Below, one piece after another: positions 12,745 to 24,293 of a stretch of DNA of 64,000 bases. Below the pieces are notes generated by a model. The model saw only the letters and a list, made by a program, of their open reading frames with translations, was not told the origin of the DNA and did not search any database. The stretch is from an uncultured Candidatus Rokubacteria bacterium. Its GTDB lineage: Bacteria > Methylomirabilota > Methylomirabilia > Rokubacteriales > CSP1-6. The DNA lies in contig CAVPPZ010000024.1 of NCBI GenBank assembly GCA_963707305.1, positions 12,457 through 76,456 of the forward strand. Reading direction: 5' to 3'. The position numbers and the translations under genes are program-made. Position 1 is the first letter of the stretch. Each line of letters opens with the position of its first letter.

Positions 12745-13668
12745 CTTCCGTTCGTCGTTCGCCGCCTCGGGCAGGCCGCGCTCGTCGCGGTCGGTGTGTC
12801 GCTGGTCGTGTTCGCGCTCGTCCACCTCTCGGGCGACCCGGTGCTGCTGATGGTGCCGGCCGACGCTCCGCCCGAGCTGGTGGCGAGCACCCGTCGCGCG
12901 CTCGGCTTCGACCGCCCGCTGTCCGAGCAGTTCGGCCGCTACCTGGCCAACGTCGTCCAGGGTGACCTGGGCACCTCGCTGCGCATCAACCGGCCCGTCG
13001 GCCGGCTGATCGCGGAGCGGCTGCCCGCGACCGTCCTGCTCACGCTGGCGGCGCTCGTGCTCGCCACCGTGACCGCGATCCCCGCCGGCATCGTCTCCGC
13101 GGTCAAGCGCGGCACCATCATCGACCGGCTCGCGATGGTCGGCGCGGTGGCCGGGCAGGCGGTGCCGATCTTCTGGCTCGCGCTGCTGCTCATCGCGTTC
13201 TTCGGCGTGCAGCTCCGCTGGCTGCCGGTGTTCGGCTACGGGAGCGCTCGCGCATCTCGTGCTGCCCGGCGGTGAGCCTCTCCACGATCATCCTCGGCCG
13301 GCTCGCGCGGCTCGTGCGCTCGAGCATGCTCGAGGTGCTCGGCGCAGGACTACGTGCGCACCGCGCGCGCCAAGGGGCTCGGCGAGTGGCGCGTGCTCAC
13401 CCTGCACGCGCTCCGCAACGCCGCGATCCCGATCGTGACGCTGCTCGGGCTGCAGTTCGCGCAGCTCCTCGGCGGCGCCGTCGTCACCGAGACGATCTTC
13501 GCGTGGCCCGGCGTGGGGCGCCTCGTGGTGGAGGCGATCTTCAACCGCGACTTCCCGGTGGTGCAGGGCGTGGTGCTGGTCGTCTCGCTGATCTTCGTGG
13601 TCGTGAGCCTGCTGATCGACATCGCGTACGCCGCGCTCGATCCGCGCGTGCGCACCGAGCTGGCGTGA
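12745..13668 (+). CDS. Dipeptide/oligopeptide ABC permease (DppB/OppB type, frameshifted)
   Basis: GDLGTS, ERLPAT, DYVRTARAKGL, ETIFAWPGVG and LDPRVR motifs; start approximate. Confidence 0.85.
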
Positions 13669-14504
13669 GAGGGCACCGGCCCGGTGCGTCTGGCTCGCCG
13701 CGCTCGTCCTGGTCGCCATCGTCATCGCCGCGCTGTTCGCGGAGCGGCTCGCGCCGTACGGCGCCAACGAGCAGGACATCACGCAGCGCCTGCCGGCCTC
13801 CGGGTGCCGAGCACGTGCTCGGCACCGACGAGGTCGGCCGCGACATCCTGAGCCGGCTCGTCCACGGCGCCCGCGTGTCGCTCCTGATCGGCGTGATCGC
13901 GGTGGCGGTGTCGTGCCCGATCGGCGTGCTCGTCGGGCTGGTCGCCGGCTACATCGGCCGCCGGACCGACGACGTGCTGATGCGCGTCACCGACATCCAG
14001 CTCGCCATCCCGACCATCCTGCTCGCGATCGCGGTGGTGGCGGTGCTCGGGCCCGGCGTCCGCAACGTCGTCATCACGCTCAGCGTGACGGGGTGGACGC
14101 TCTACGCGCGGCTCGTGCGCGGCGAGGCGCTCAGCGTGAAGGGCCGCGAGTTCGTCCAGGCCGCCCGCGCGGCGGGCGCCGGCGACGTGCGGATCATGCT
14201 GCGCCACGTGCTGCCGAACGTGCTGACGCCGGTGATCGTGGTGGCGGTGTTCGCGGTGGCGAACATGATCATCCTCGAGGCGACGCTGTCGTTCCTCGGC
14301 CTCGGCGTCGAGCCGAGCGTGGTGACGTGGGGGCGCATGCTCAACGCCGGACGCCTCTACCTGAGCACCGCGTGGTGGCTGACGGCGTTCCCCGGCCTGG
14401 CGATCTTCCTGACCGTGCTGGCCGTGAACCTGCTGGGCGACCACCTGCGCGACTGGCTCGATCCGCGCCTGCGCAACACGCTCGGCGAACGTGAGCTACG
14501 ATAG
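13665..14504 (+). CDS. Dipeptide/oligopeptide ABC permease (DppC/OppC type)
   Basis: HVLGTDEVGRDILSR, EFVQAARAAGA, LSFLGLG and LRDWLDPR motifs; frameshift near 13795. Confidence 0.88.
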   Translation: MRGHRPGASGSPRSSWSPSSSPRCSRSGSRRTAPTSRTSRSACRPPGAEHVLGTDEVGRDILSRLVHGARVSLLIGVIAVAVSCPIGVLVGLVAGYIGRRTDDVLMRVTDIQLAIPTILLAIAVVAVLGPGVRNVVITLSVTGWTLYARLVRGEALSVKGREFVQAARAAGAGDVRIMLRHVLPNVLTPVIVVAVFAVANMIILEATLSFLGLGVEPSVVTWGRMLNAGRLYLSTAWWLTAFPGLAIFLTVLAVNLLGDHLRDWLDPRLRNTLGERELR

Positions 14505-14509
14505 GCGCC

Positions 14510-15540
14510 ATGAACATCTTCAAGGCCCGGGCGGTGAAGGACCTCGACGAGGTGACGCGCACCATCCCCGTGATCGACGTCGGACCGGCGTTCCGCGGCG
14601 AGCCCGGCGGGCTCGAGCGGGCGGCGGCCGAGGTGCGGCGCGCGAGCCAGGAGATCGGCTTCTTCTACCTCGCCGGGCACGGCGTGCCCCAGGAGATCGT
14701 CGACGCCGCGTTCGCCGCGTCGCGCGAGTTCCACGCGATGCCGGTCGACGAGAAGCTGAAGCTCCGGATCAACGAGAACAACATCGGCTACCTGCCGGTG
14801 ATGGAGAGCATCCAGGGCGCCTCGCAGGTCCACAAGGCGACCCGGCCGAACTACAACGAGAGCTTCTTCATCAGCCACGACCGCGGCCCCGACCATCCGG
14901 ACGTGCGCGCCGGCCTGCCGCTGCGCGGGATGAACCAGTGGCCGGACGGGCACGACGCCATGCGCACCGCCATGGTGCGCTACTTCAAGACGATGGAGGC
15001 GGTCGGCGAGCAGCTGCTGCCGATCCTGGCGCGCGCGCTCGAGCTGCCCGCCGACTGGTTCACGCGCTCCTTCCAGGACGAGGCGCACATCAACCTGCGC
15101 TTCCTGCACTATCCGCCGCAGGAGAGCGACGACGACGAGCAGTTCGGGCAGGGGCCGCACACCGACAACTCGTTCATCACGATGCTCGCGCGCGAGGACG
15201 TGCCCGGGCCTCGCGGTGGGGCTGCCGAACGGCGAGTGGCTGGCGCCGCCGGTCATCGAGGGGACGTTCCTGGTGAACCTCGGCAACATGATGAAGCGCT
15301 GGTCGAACGACCGCTTCCTGTCGACGCCGCACGGGGTGCTTGAACGATTCGGGGAAGGACCGCTACTCGATCGCGTTCTTCTACAGCCCGAACGTCAACG
15401 CCACGATCGCGTGCGTCCCGACGTGCGTGAGCGCGGACACCCCGCCGCGCTACGAGCCGGCCGTCTACCGCGACCTCGTGCTGCAGTTCTACAACGCGAA
15501 CTACTTCCACCGGAAGGGCTACGCGAAGACCGGCGCCTGA
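14510..15540 (+). CDS. 2-oxoglutarate/Fe(II) oxygenase, isopenicillin N synthase family (frameshifted)
   Basis: IPVIDV, GFFYLAGHGV, PHTD, STPHGV and RYSIAFF (HxD...H, RxS). Confidence 0.88.
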
Positions 15541-15664
15541 TCCGATCGGGTAGCGGGCTACCCGAGGGACCGCAACCGATTCGCGTGATCTGGGCCTCCG
15601 TTGCGGACGCGAGCCGCTCGTCGCCCGCTGCGGCCGTGGCGTCGACCTTGCACCGGGAAGCGCC

Positions 15665-16381
15665 GTGCGCACGCTCGCGTCCCGGCTGGAGCCCTCGCAC
15701 CCGCTCGCGCTGGCGGACTGGGACCGTCACCTCGCCGTGCTGTCGCGACGGATCGCGCACGCCGTCGCGACCTCCGTCTATGCGCGCCATCGGCAGGTCA
15801 TCACCGTCAAGCGCCTCGACGGCGCGCCATCGTCGAGCCCGCTGGCGTGCGACCCGAAGCTCGAATGTGTGGCGGTGGAGTCGGCGCTCACCCTCGAGGC
15901 CCTGGCCGCGGAGATCCCGGATTCGTTCCGCGATTCGGTGGACGAGCTGCGCCGGCGCGTGGCGGACGGCTGCGTGGTGTTCCTGGCGCGACGGCCCCGA
16001 GACGACGGCGCCGGCCACGAGATCGTCGGATACGAGATCTCCGAGCGCGGGATCTTCTCCGCGCTGGGGCGGCGTCATCACGTGTCCGACGACGTCGTCT
16101 TCTCGCACTACGCCGAGGTGCTGCCCGCGCACCGGGGGCGGCGCATTCACGGGCTTCTCTTCGCGAGGCGCGACGCCTACTTCCGCGCGCGCGGCGGGCG
16201 GCTCGTGGTGGGCGTGTGCCTCCCGCAGAACCACGCCTCGCTGAAGGCGCTGCGGCGTGACGGCGCGGCGATCGTGGGCGCCGTCGAGGGCGTCTCCCTC
16301 TTCAGGGTCCTCCGCGTGTGGAGCACCCCGTTCGCGTCCATCGAGGACGCCTTGCGCCCTCAGCGCAGCGTGGAGAGGTAG
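15665..16381 (+). CDS. GNAT-fold acetyltransferase-like protein
   Basis: EVLPAHRGRRI acetyl-CoA motif and NHASLKAL. Confidence 0.55.
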   Translation: MRTLASRLEPSHPLALADWDRHLAVLSRRIAHAVATSVYARHRQVITVKRLDGAPSSSPLACDPKLECVAVESALTLEALAAEIPDSFRDSVDELRRRVADGCVVFLARRPRDDGAGHEIVGYEISERGIFSALGRRHHVSDDVVFSHYAEVLPAHRGRRIHGLLFARRDAYFRARGGRLVVGVCLPQNHASLKALRRDGAAIVGAVEGVSLFRVLRVWSTPFASIEDALRPQRSVER

Positions 16382-16674
16382 CTCGCGAGCGCCTTGATCT
16401 CGTCGTCGGTGATCGCGAGGCGCGGCATGTGGGCGCCCGGCTTCTGGGAGGCCGGGTCGCGCAGCCATCGGACGAGCTCGGCTTCCGTGTACTTGCGGCC
16501 GATCCGCGAGAGGTCGTGGGCGATCGGCGTCCCGGCCACGCCGAGCCGGTGGCAGCCATAACAACCTTGGGAGAAGAAGATCATCCTCCCGGGCTGGTTG
16601 ACCTCCTGCGCGCCCGTGGCGCAAGCCACCGTGACGAGAGCCACAGCACCGCAGAGCGAGAGCAGTCGTGTCAT
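16360..16674 (-). CDS. Monoheme cytochrome c, probable lipoprotein
   Basis: CYGCH heme motif, distal MP and signal peptide with VTVAC lipobox-like end. Confidence 0.85.
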   Translation of the reverse strand: MTRLLSLCGAVALVTVACATGAQEVNQPGRMIFFSQGCYGCHRLGVAGTPIAHDLSRIGRKYTEAELVRWLRDPASQKPGAHMPRLAITDDEIKALASYLSTLR

Positions 16675-18481
16675 CAGGTCCTCCAGGCCCGCCAGCGGGC
16701 TTCCGCTTCCTCGAAGCCCGGCCCGCGATCGATGAGCTGCGGCGTGCCTGTCCGGCGCCCCCGTTCAACCTCGGTGGCGGTCTTGTCGGGCTCGCCGGTC
16801 TCCGCGTCCAGCACCACGCCGTAGTCCTCGAGCGCGCCGCGCGGCGTGATGAAGCCGCGCGCCACGTCCTCCCACACGCGAATCGGATCGCGCGTGAGCG
16901 GATCGCCCCAGCCGCCGCCTCCGCACGTCTCGAACCGCAGCAGGTCGCCGCGCTTCACCACGATGCCGTCCCCGAGCGCGGGGAGGCGCTGCTCCTCCGG
17001 CGTTCCCGGATTCAGCGTCGACGTGGCCCGTGCGCCCGGCGCCGCCGCCCGCCACGCCGTACGGCGCGACCACCGTGTTCTCCATGCGCGTGGCGAGCGT
17101 CGCGCGCTCGCACAGCACGCGCACCTCGCGCACGACGCCGGTGCCGCCGCGGTAGAGGCCGGGGCCGCCGGAGTCCGGACGGACCGCGTAGCGCTCCACG
17201 CGTAGCGGGAAGTCGCGCTCCACGTACTCGACCGGATAGTTCTCCTGCGCGATGTAGTAGATGACGTCGACGCCGTCCGCGAACGGCCGCGCCCCGAGGC
17301 CGACGCCGATGCCCTCGATGCAGAGGATCGGCTTGCGCGTCGCCTCGTCGATGGCGCGGAAGTAGTAGAGGACGTAGACCGGCGAGCCGGCGGGCACGCG
17401 GCCGCCGTTCGCCTGCGCGAGCGCGCCGAAGATGCACGACATCACGCGGAAGCGCGTGTTGGCGCGCATGCCGAGCGGGGCGGGGAAGCGCGGCTTGAGG
17501 ATGCTGCCCTCGCGCGCGATCCACTCGTCGAGGTTCTGCAGGAGCCCGTCGTTCACGTCGAGATCGGCGTCGAGCGACTGGAGGTATCGCCCGAACGCGA
17601 TCCGCAGCAGGCCGGGGTTCGTCGTGTAGTTGACGGGGCCGCGGGCCTGGTCATCCGATCGCGAGCCGTCGAGCCGCACGTGGTCGCCGTGGCGGCTCAG
17701 CGTGAGCTCCACCCTGTACGGCCGCTGGTCCGTGCCGCCGTCCCCGTCGAGGAAATCGTGGAAGGTCCACTCGCCTTCGGGAATCAGGTCGAGGAAGAGC
17801 GGGCGCACGCGTGCACCCGTCTGCGCGAGGATCACGTCGAACGCGGCCAGCACCGTCTCGCCGCCGTAGCGGGTGAAGAGCTCGGTCAGCCGCGACTCGG
17901 CGAGGTGGCAGGAGGCCATCATCGCGCGCGTGTCGCCCTCGACGATCTCGGGCAGCCGCGAGTTCCGGAGGAAGATCCGGTACGCCTCCTCGTTGAGCTG
18001 TCCTTCGCGCACGATGCGCACCGGCGGCACCAGCACGCCCTCGTGATAGATCTCCGTCGCGTGCGGCGAGATGCTGCCCGCGTGCAGGCCGCCGATGTCC
18101 TGGTAGTGCCCGAACGTCGTCGTGAACGCCACCGGCCGGCCGTCGTGGAAGACGGGCACGCGTGAAGACCATGTCCTGGTGGTGCTGGACGGCGCCGTCC
18201 GTGAGGTACGGGTCGTTGAACCAGTACACGTCGCCCGGCCGCATCGTCTCGAGCGGATACGCGCGCAGGATCGCCGTCAGCATCCCGGGCCCGCTCGCGG
18301 AGATGTGCGCGGCCACGATGCGCCCGGTCGCGTCGTAGATGCCGACGAAGTAGTCCTTCTTCTCCTTGATGAAGGGCGACATCGCGCACCGCTCCATCAG
18401 GAGCTCCATCTCCTTGATGGTGGAGAGCAGCGCGCCGCGGATGACCTCGAGCGTGACGGGATCGACGGATGAGCCGCTCAT
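16674..18481 (-). CDS. Hydantoinase B / 5-oxoprolinase family protein (frameshifted)
   Basis: DPVTLEVI, NDPY, HYQDIGG, DSGGPGLYRGG and GGGGWGDP motifs. Confidence 0.85.
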
Positions 18482-20609
18482 GCTCGCTCCAGGATGAGGT
18501 TCGTGACGGCGTCCACGCGGGCCCGGAAGCCCGGGCGCGACGAGGATGGTGGCGTCCTCCTGATCCACGACCGCGGGCCCGTCGAACGTCATGCCGGGCG
18601 CGAGCCGCTCGCGCGCGTAGCACGGCGTGGTGACGAAGCCGGCGCCACGCTGGTACACGGGACGTTCGCCGACCTGGGCGCTGGCAGCGTCACCGCCGGC
18701 GCCGGGGCGGCGCCGACGCGGCGCGCTGGGGGAGCTGGCCGATCGCGGTGACGCGCAGGTTCACCAGCTCGATCGCGCGCGTTCGGCAGATCGTACGAGT
18801 AGAGCCGGCGATGCTCGGCGTGGAAGCGCTCGGCGACCTGCGCGACGTTGATGCCGATGAGAAATGGGGGGCTTGGGGGGTGAGTCGCTCACGCCCCCAA
18901 TTTCGGTGGGTGAGTCGCTCACGCCCCCAATTCCACATCAATCGTCAGCTCGAAGCTCTGGTGCTCGTAGCGCAGGTCGGCGGACCGCTCGAAGCGCTGG
19001 CGCTCGCGCGGCACGTGCTCGTCGTCGAGCCACGCGCGCGCTTGCGATTCCAGCTCCGCCCACGTCGCCTCGAGCGCCGGCACCGCGGCCGGATCGTCGA
19101 CCGCGTGGCGCTCCGGCGGTGCCCACCGTGCGGACGAACGTGGCGCGGATGTCGGTGTCGAGCAGCCCCCACGTGGAGAGCACGCCCGGCCGCGGCGGGA
19201 TCACGACGGCCGGAATGTCGAGCAGCTCCGCGAGCCGGCACGCGTGCAGCGGCCCGGCGCCGCCGAACGGCACCAGCGTGAAGCGTCGCGGATCGTGCCC
19301 GCGGCCGACCGACACGAGGCGGATCGCGCGCGCCATCGAGTTGTCGATGATCTCGACGATCCCGGCCGCCGCGTCCTCGACGCCGAGCCCGAGCGGCCGC
19401 GCGATCCGCTCCTCGATGGCCGCGCGCGCCGCCTTCTCGTCGAGCGGCACCTCGCCGCCGAGCAGCGCCGGGCTGGATGCGCGCGAGCACGAGATGCGCG
19501 TCGGTCACCGTCGGCTCGGTGCCGCCGCGTCCGTAGGCGACCGGTCCGGGCGCCGCGCCGGCGCTGCGCGGGCCGACGGTGAGCCGGCCGGCGCCGCTCG
19601 CCACCGCGATGCTGCCGCCGCCGGCGCCGATCGTGTGGATGTCGATCATCGGCAGCTTCAGCGGGAACGGCCCGATCGTGCCGTCCTTGGTGATCTCGGG
19701 CCGGCCGCCGCGCACGAGGCAGATGTCGGCGCTCGTGCCGCCCACGTCGATCGAGATGATGTCGTCGATGCCCGCCGCGCGCGCCACGCTCAGCGCGCCC
19801 ACGACGCCGGCCGCGGGCCCGGACAGCACGGTCTGCACGGGCTGGCGCACGCACGTCGCCGCGCTCGTGACGCCGCCGTCCGACTTCATGATGAGGAGCG
19901 GCGCGCGCACGCCCTCGGCGTCGAGCGCGTCGCGCAGCACGCTCATGTAGCGGCTCACCGGCGGCATGACGGCCGCGTTCAGCGCGGTGGCCATGGTGCG
20001 CTCGAACTCGCGGAACTGCGGCAGCACCTCGGACGAGAGCGACACGAGCAGGCCGGGATATTCCTCGCGCAGGATGGCGTGCATCCGCTGCTCGTGCGCC
20101 ATGTTCGCGTAGGCGTGGAGGAAGACCACGGCGACCGCGGGGACGCCGAGCTGCGCGAGCTGCCGCGCCACCGCGCGCGCCTCCGCCTCGTCGAGCGGCG
20201 TCAGCACGCGGCCCTCGTGGTCGAGGCGCTCGGTCACCTCGAACACGCGCTCGGGCGAGACCGGCCGCGCGGGCTTGCTCCAGCCGTACAGGTTGCCGTG
20301 GCGCGGGATGTCGTGACGCCCGATCTCCAGGACGTACTTGAAGCCGGCGGTGGTGACGAGCGCCGTCGGCGGCGTCTTGCCCTCGAGGATGGCGTTGGTG
20401 GCGGTGGTCGTGCCGTGGAGCACGCGGATCACGTCGGCGGGCCCGCGCTGCGCGAGCGCCAGCACCTTGCGGATGGCCGCGATGAAGCCGGCGGAGAGGT
20501 CTCCCGGCGTCGAGGGCGTCTTCGCCACCCAGCTCGCGCCGGTGGCCGCGTCGGCGAACGTCACGTCGGTGAACGTCCCGCCGACGTCGATGGCAAGCGT
20601 TCCACTCAT
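18478..20609 (-). CDS. Hydantoinase A / 5-oxoprolinase family protein (frameshifted; carries a repeat insertion)
   Basis: IDVGGTFTD, HGTTTATNA, SGPAAG, DVGGTS, GAGGGSIA and FGGAGPLHA motifs. Confidence 0.85.
18860..18940 (-). repeat. Structured repeat copy with a 30-bp-period tandem duplication, inside hydantoinase A
   Basis: Minus strand AATTGGGGGCGTGAGCGACTCACCC occurs twice, followed by CCCAAGCCCCCCATTTC. Confidence 0.75.
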
Positions 20610-20670
20610 GGGGACGGAGCGATTGTACGCCGTGATCGCGCACGGGAGGCGCGCGTGTTACATGTAGTCC

Positions 20671-21164
20671 ATGGACGCACGCGAACCGGAGATCGTGCCA
20701 CCGAAGTCCGGCGACGCCCCGGCAGACGCCCCGTCGCAGGCCCAGACCCAGGAGTTCATCCAGCAGCCCGCCAAGCTCATGCGCATTGCGTCCATGGTGA
20801 AGGAGCTGCTCGGTGAAGTCCGGCAATCCACGCTGGACGAGGCCGGGCGCAAACACCTGCGCCAGATCCACGAGCGCGCGTTCGCCGCCCTCCGCGAGAC
20901 GCTCTCCGAGGAGCTCCAGAGCGAGCTCCAGGCGCTGTCGTTGCCGCTCGAGGAGAACGCGACCCAGTCGGAGATCCGGATCGCGCAGGCGCAGCTCGTC
21001 GGCTGGCTCGAAGGGACTCTTCCAGGGCATCCAGGCCGCGCTGTGGACGCAGCACATGGCGGCGCGCGCGCAGCTCGAGGAGATGCATCGGCGGCGTGGG
21101 CTGCCCCCGGGGATGGAGCAGCAGTCCGACGACGGCCGGCGGCCGCCCGGCCACTACCTCGTGA
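20671..21164 (+). CDS. bpa: Bacterial proteasome activator Bpa/PafE (DUF2587), frameshift near 21015
   Basis: QPAKLMRIASMVKELL, EIRIAQAQLVGWLEGLFQGIQAAL..Q.MAARAQLEEM and PPGHYL closely follow the mycobacterial Bpa pattern, which ends GQYL. Confidence 0.85.
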
Positions 21165-22375
21165 CGATTTAGCAGGTTACGCGCGCGGAACAGGAGTAGC
21201 GCGGCGCCGGCCAGCGCCAGTCCACCACACGCGACGAACGCGGCGGGCAGACTTGCCGCCGCCAGCGCGCCGGTGGCGAGCGGGCTCGCCGCCGTCCCGA
21301 TCTGGACGCCGAGCGCGAGCCAGCCGAACGCCGCGCCGCGCGTCTCCGACGGCACGAGCATCCCGCCCAGCGTGTAGGCCAGCGTCAGCGCGCCGCCGAA
21401 GCAGAGCGCGACGAGCGTGCGGAGGACCAGGAGCGTGATCCAGTGGTGCGCGAACGCCATTCCGGCGCAGAGCACGCCACCCACGACGAGCTGGACGAAG
21501 AGCAGGCGTCCGACCGGGAAGCCCTGGGCGAGGCGCGGTCCGAGGCTCGCGGAGAGCGCGCCGCCGACCGCCGCGACGGAGATGATGGTGCCGGAGGTCA
21601 CGGCGGCATCGACGCCGGGCATGTGGGCCACCTCGAGCGGGATCAGCAGCGCGAGGCCGCGATCGATGAACTGCGCGATCACCAGCAGGCCGATGACGAC
21701 GAGGAAGTTCGGATAGCGGAGGAACTGGCGCAGCGGCGTGGAGCGCGCGCGGGCGCGGCCTTCTCCGGCCTCGAGCGGCCGGGATTCGCGGAAGAGGAAG
21801 ATCAGCGCGACCAGCGCGATGGCGCACATGCCGGACGTGACGTAGAACGCGGGACGGATGCCGAGGCGCGAGGCCGCGAAGCCGCCGACCGCGGGGCCGA
21901 TGGCCGTGCTGAGGAGCTGCGCGGCCTGCACGCGCCCGATCGCCACCGACACCTGGTCGCGCGGCGCCGCCATGCTGGCGACCGCGATGGCCATCGGCGT
22001 GAAGCCCGCCACGAGCCCCTGCAGGAAGCGCATGAGGAAGAGCTGCCACACCGACGTCACCAGCCCCATCGCCGCGATGATCACGGTGAAGCCCGCGAGC
22101 GACCGGATCAGCATCATCTTCCGGCCGTAGCGATCGGCCAGACGTCCGAAGACCGGCGCCAGCAGCCCGGACACCGCCGGGGTGATCGCGGCGAGCACGC
22201 CGGACCACAGCGCGATCTGCGACGGCTCGGTGACGCCGAGCTCGCGGACGTAGAGCGGCAGGAACGGCGAGAAGAACTGGAAGCCGACGAACGCGATGAA
22301 GACGCAGAGGGACAGCGCCCAGACGTTGCGCTGCCACCCCTGCGTGGTCACCATTTGACCGTCATGGACGGTCAA
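21154..22375 (-). CDS. MFS transporter (DHA1/MdtG-like)
   Basis: GRLADRYGRKMML motif A, GPAVGG and many TM helices; 3' end inferred from a 1-bp correction. Confidence 0.85.
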
Positions 22376-22388
22376 GAGGTTGGAACGC

Positions 22389-23054
22389 TCAGCGCTCGAA
22401 CGTCTTTACATAGACCCCGGGCGAGCCCTGCGCGTGCGTCATGTGCTTGCGCATCGTCGCGCTGATCGGCACCGCGTTCTGCTGCGCCTTCCACGCGTCG
22501 GTCTCGGACACCTTCGGATTCTCGAACTCGTAGAACGTGAGGTAGGTCGGCTCACCGACCACCGCCCGGTAGCGCCGGCCGCGGATGACGCCCGGCACCT
22601 TCTCGTAGTTCGGCACGTAGATCGTGCTGTACCACTCGTTCCACTCGCGATCGACCTCCGCGGGCACGCCCATGCGGCCGAGCTGCAGCGCGGGCGCGAG
22701 CGTCGACTGCGCGACGGCCGGCGTGACCGCCTTCGGGTGGATCATCGAGTAGATGTTGCGGATGAAGGTGGTCGCGACCGCCTGCGGGCCGGTCTTCTTC
22801 GTCCACGGCGTCGGGTTGTTCGAGACCTTCTTGTAGGCCTCGCTCTCCATCACCGCCGGGTTCTCCAGCTCGTACACGGCGAGGTGCTTCGGGCCGCCCT
22901 TCACCGCTTCGTAGCGCGCGGCGCTGAGGAAGCCGGGCACGGAGAGGCGCTCCGCGAGGTGCTCCTCGTTGTACCAGCGGTTGAACTCGGGTTCCTTGTC
23001 CGCGGGGACGTCGCACCAGACCATCAAGAGTCCGGTCCCACGCTTGTTCGCCAT
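22389..23054 (-). CDS. Tandem dimeric alpha-beta barrel protein (EthD/DUF4286-like)
   Basis: Two repeats of EFNRWYNEEH...VPGF..A.RY...LAVYE; own ATG (MANKRGTG). Confidence 0.7.
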   Translation of the reverse strand: MANKRGTGLLMVWCDVPADKEPEFNRWYNEEHLAERLSVPGFLSAARYEAVKGGPKHLAVYELENPAVMESEAYKKVSNNPTPWTKKTGPQAVATTFIRNIYSMIHPKAVTPAVAQSTLAPALQLGRMGVPAEVDREWNEWYSTIYVPNYEKVPGVIRGRRYRAVVGEPTYLTFYEFENPKVSETDAWKAQQNAVPISATMRKHMTHAQGSPGVYVKTFER

Positions 23055-23056
23055 GG

Positions 23057-24291
23057 TCACACCTCGCCTGCGGGTTGGGCCGGTTGCGGGAATGCGCGGC
23101 TCGTCGGCGCGTTGGCTTCGAACGGGCTCCAGAGGCCGAGCTCCTTGCCGATCTCGCGCACGCGCGGGGAGCACCTCCTGGCCGAGCAGGCGGATGCAGC
23201 TGCGTGTGTCGGCCGTGCTCACGAAGCCGTCGGCCGCCCAGAAGCCCATGATGGACGGCCGCGTCTCCTCGAGCAGCCGGCGGATCTTCGGGATCACGGT
23301 CTTCGGCGTGCCGGCGATGATCTGCTGGTTCTGGATCTGGTCCTCGAAGGCGGCGCCGCGCGGGTTGGAGCGGCGGCCCACCGCGTACTCGACGAACGCC
23401 GTGCGGTACGACGGCGAGAAGTAGCCCGACGGGCTCGACCACACCGGGTGCGCGAGCCCCGTGAACTCGCCCTGCATCCACATGAACTGCCGGGCGTTCG
23501 CCAGCGCCTTCTCCTCGGTCTCGGCCACGTGGCAGCGCTGGAGGTAGCCGCGGAACTCCGGCCCGCCGGTGTGGCCGTTCTCCTGCGCGACCTTGTCGTA
23601 CGTCTCCCAGATCTTCTTGGTGGCCTCGATCTCGGTGCTGAGCGCGATGTAGGGATAGCCCTTCTGCGCCGCCCAGATGATCGTCTCCTTCGACAGCACG
23701 CCGGGGATCCACACGCGCGGGTGCGGCTTCTGCAGCGGCAGCGCCCACGGGTTCACCACGCGGTGCTGGTAGTGCGTGCCCTCGTAGCGGAACGGCCCTT
23801 CCTGCGTCCACGTCGCGCACGATGAGGTCGTGCGCCTCCTCGAACCGCTCGCGGTTGAACGCGGGGTTCACGCCGGTGGCGAGCTGCTCCTGGCCGCCGC
23901 CGCGCACGAAGCCGGAGACGAGGCGGCCCTTCGACACCATGTCGATCATCGCCAGCTCTTCGGCGAGCCGCACCGGGTTGTCGGCGAGCGGCAGCGGGTT
24001 GCCGAGCAGCACGATCTTCACGCGCTTGGTCATGGCGGCGAGGATCGAGGCGAACACGTTGCACTTGGCCTGCATGCAGAACGGCGCGTTGTGGTGCTCG
24101 TTGAGCATGATGCCGTCGAAGCCGACGTCCTCCGCCAGCTTGTAGTGCTCGAGGTACTCGTTGTAGAGGCGGCTGCCCGCGACGGGGTCGAAGTGCTTGT
24201 TGGAGAACATCAGCGCGGTCGCCCCGTAGTCGAGGCCGGCCTGCGCGTCGTACGCCGACATGGGCTGCTCGGTGAAGTACATCAGGTGCAT
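23057..24291 (-). CDS. Luciferase-like flavin monooxygenase (LLM), frameshifted
   Basis: GFDGIMLNEHH, PVRLAEELAMID, SKGRLVSGFVRG and PLQKPHP motifs. Confidence 0.85.
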
Positions 24292-24293
24292 GG

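Noticed and set aside
18885-18925. Two in-frame TGA codons in hydantoinase A as selenocysteine or recoding
   Set aside because: The TGAs lie inside a repeat-element hairpin in a non-catalytic linker, with no evident bacterial SECIS or Cys-equivalent position.
18860-18940. Tandem repeat as a mini CRISPR array
   Set aside because: Only two units, a gap of about 5 nt instead of a spacer, and no cas genes.
20777-21172. 400-bp antisense overlap between the MFS gene and bpa
   Set aside because: One extra base at 21160/21161 removes both natural stops; correcting it leaves only an overlap of about 10 bp.
22389-23759. Apparent LLM-EthD fusion ORF
   Set aside because: Caused by a frameshift near 23160; the LLM has its own TGA at 23057 and the barrel gene its own ATG at 23054.
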